Positions 63,241-64,000 of a stretch of 64,000 nt of DNA are shown here, in pieces. The position numbers were made by a program, and so were the translations under genes. This stretch comes from Spongospora subterranea f. sp. subterranea. Its lineage: Eukaryota. The stretch covers positions 1 through 64,000 of the forward strand of contig JAUGWO010000130.1 of NCBI GenBank assembly GCA_049724395.1, read 5' to 3'. The notes beneath the pieces were generated by a model, which did not search any database, had not been told where the DNA came from, and was given only the letters and a program-made list of their open reading frames with translations. Each line of letters begins with the position of its first letter. Positions within the stretch are counted from its first letter, which is position 1.

Positions 63241-64000
63241 ATGAGATCGACATTGAGTCTTATGTTCATGACCCTGGCCTGCATCATTGCCTTCACCATC
63301 GCCCAACCTGAAATCCTCGAAGCTTCTTCTGACGCTGGCCCGATCTCAAGTGTCGCTGGCATCAGTCGCCTCCAAGAAGCTGGAATCTCCGAACCTGACA
63401 GCAACGAAGCAGATAATCTTTTGAAACAAATTTATCAGAATGAGGTTAGCATTGCCCACATTTGAACAATGCTTCGACTGAGCAATATGTCAGGAAAACT
63501 GGGCTACTAAGTCACTACTGAACCTCATCACGATGCAGATGCGAGAGAGGATTACACGTTTCCTTACTACATTCCAGTCGACTGAAGATCTGTGTATCGC
63601 TATGATAAATAATCCTGGCTCTTACAGAGACCAGAACAATGTGATCAAAAAGGTGATGACAATTGTAGAGAAGATGGTGGAGGTCAAAATAAAGCCGCAT
63701 CCAGATTCAAAGAAAGAGGGCATCCAAGAAAAAGAAGGTTCTCAACAGATAGCCCAGCTGTTTGAGGAGCTGAACATGCTTCTAACAACGTGGGGAGTTT
63801 CGACGGAGAGAATCTCATCGCTGATAAGTCTGGTGAACGGCTACACAAGCAGCGGCAAGATTGAACCGCTCAGCCTAAACCACAACCAAATCGTAAGCCT
63901 GCGAGACGCCTCGACCCATGTTTCTGGTAAGTTTGAAAATCGGTTCTGGTGTCGTGCATGACGTTTTTGATATTAGGCAGGGCCATAGCGTCACAAGGAG
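63241..64000 (+). CDS. Secreted helical protein of unknown function, multi-exon, runs off the window
   Basis: Signal peptide MRSTLSLMFMTLACIIAFTIA; introns at about 63445-63493 and from about 63927 link the ORFs. Confidence 0.65.

Overview
This is eukaryotic, intron-containing genomic DNA (short GT-AG introns, roughly mid-40s % GC by eye). It is probably from a protist parasite; the ankyrin and secreted genes and the oomycete-style TEs suggest a plasmodiophorid, but that is inference only. Apparently intact host genes are a histidine acid phosphatase, a Yip1/YIPF6-like protein, dUTPase, a catalytically degenerate G-alpha, an M16 metallopeptidase, FANCL and several secreted or orphan proteins. 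They sit among dense transposon debris: Copia, Gypsy, Penelope-like, mariner DD39D, hAT, PIF/Harbinger, ISL2EU/IS5-like, pogo-like and a MULE/Merlin-like element. Highlights: (1) a fully spliceable 764-aa tyrosine recombinase (Crypton-like) gene with a complete R-K-HxxR-H-Y catalytic set, 200 bp downstream of a tRNA-Lys(CTT); (2) repeated fold-back inversions found in dead TEs and a satellite but not in host genes, resembling Mu-killer-type hairpins; (3) a TA-flanked TIR element carrying an OTU protease, nested in an 84-bp satellite that abuts the FANCL start codon and itself containing an element with an 8-bp TSD; (4) a signal peptide-ankyrin-REase-like-kinase (CRN-type) effector relic. All exon structures were derived by hand and no database searches were run.
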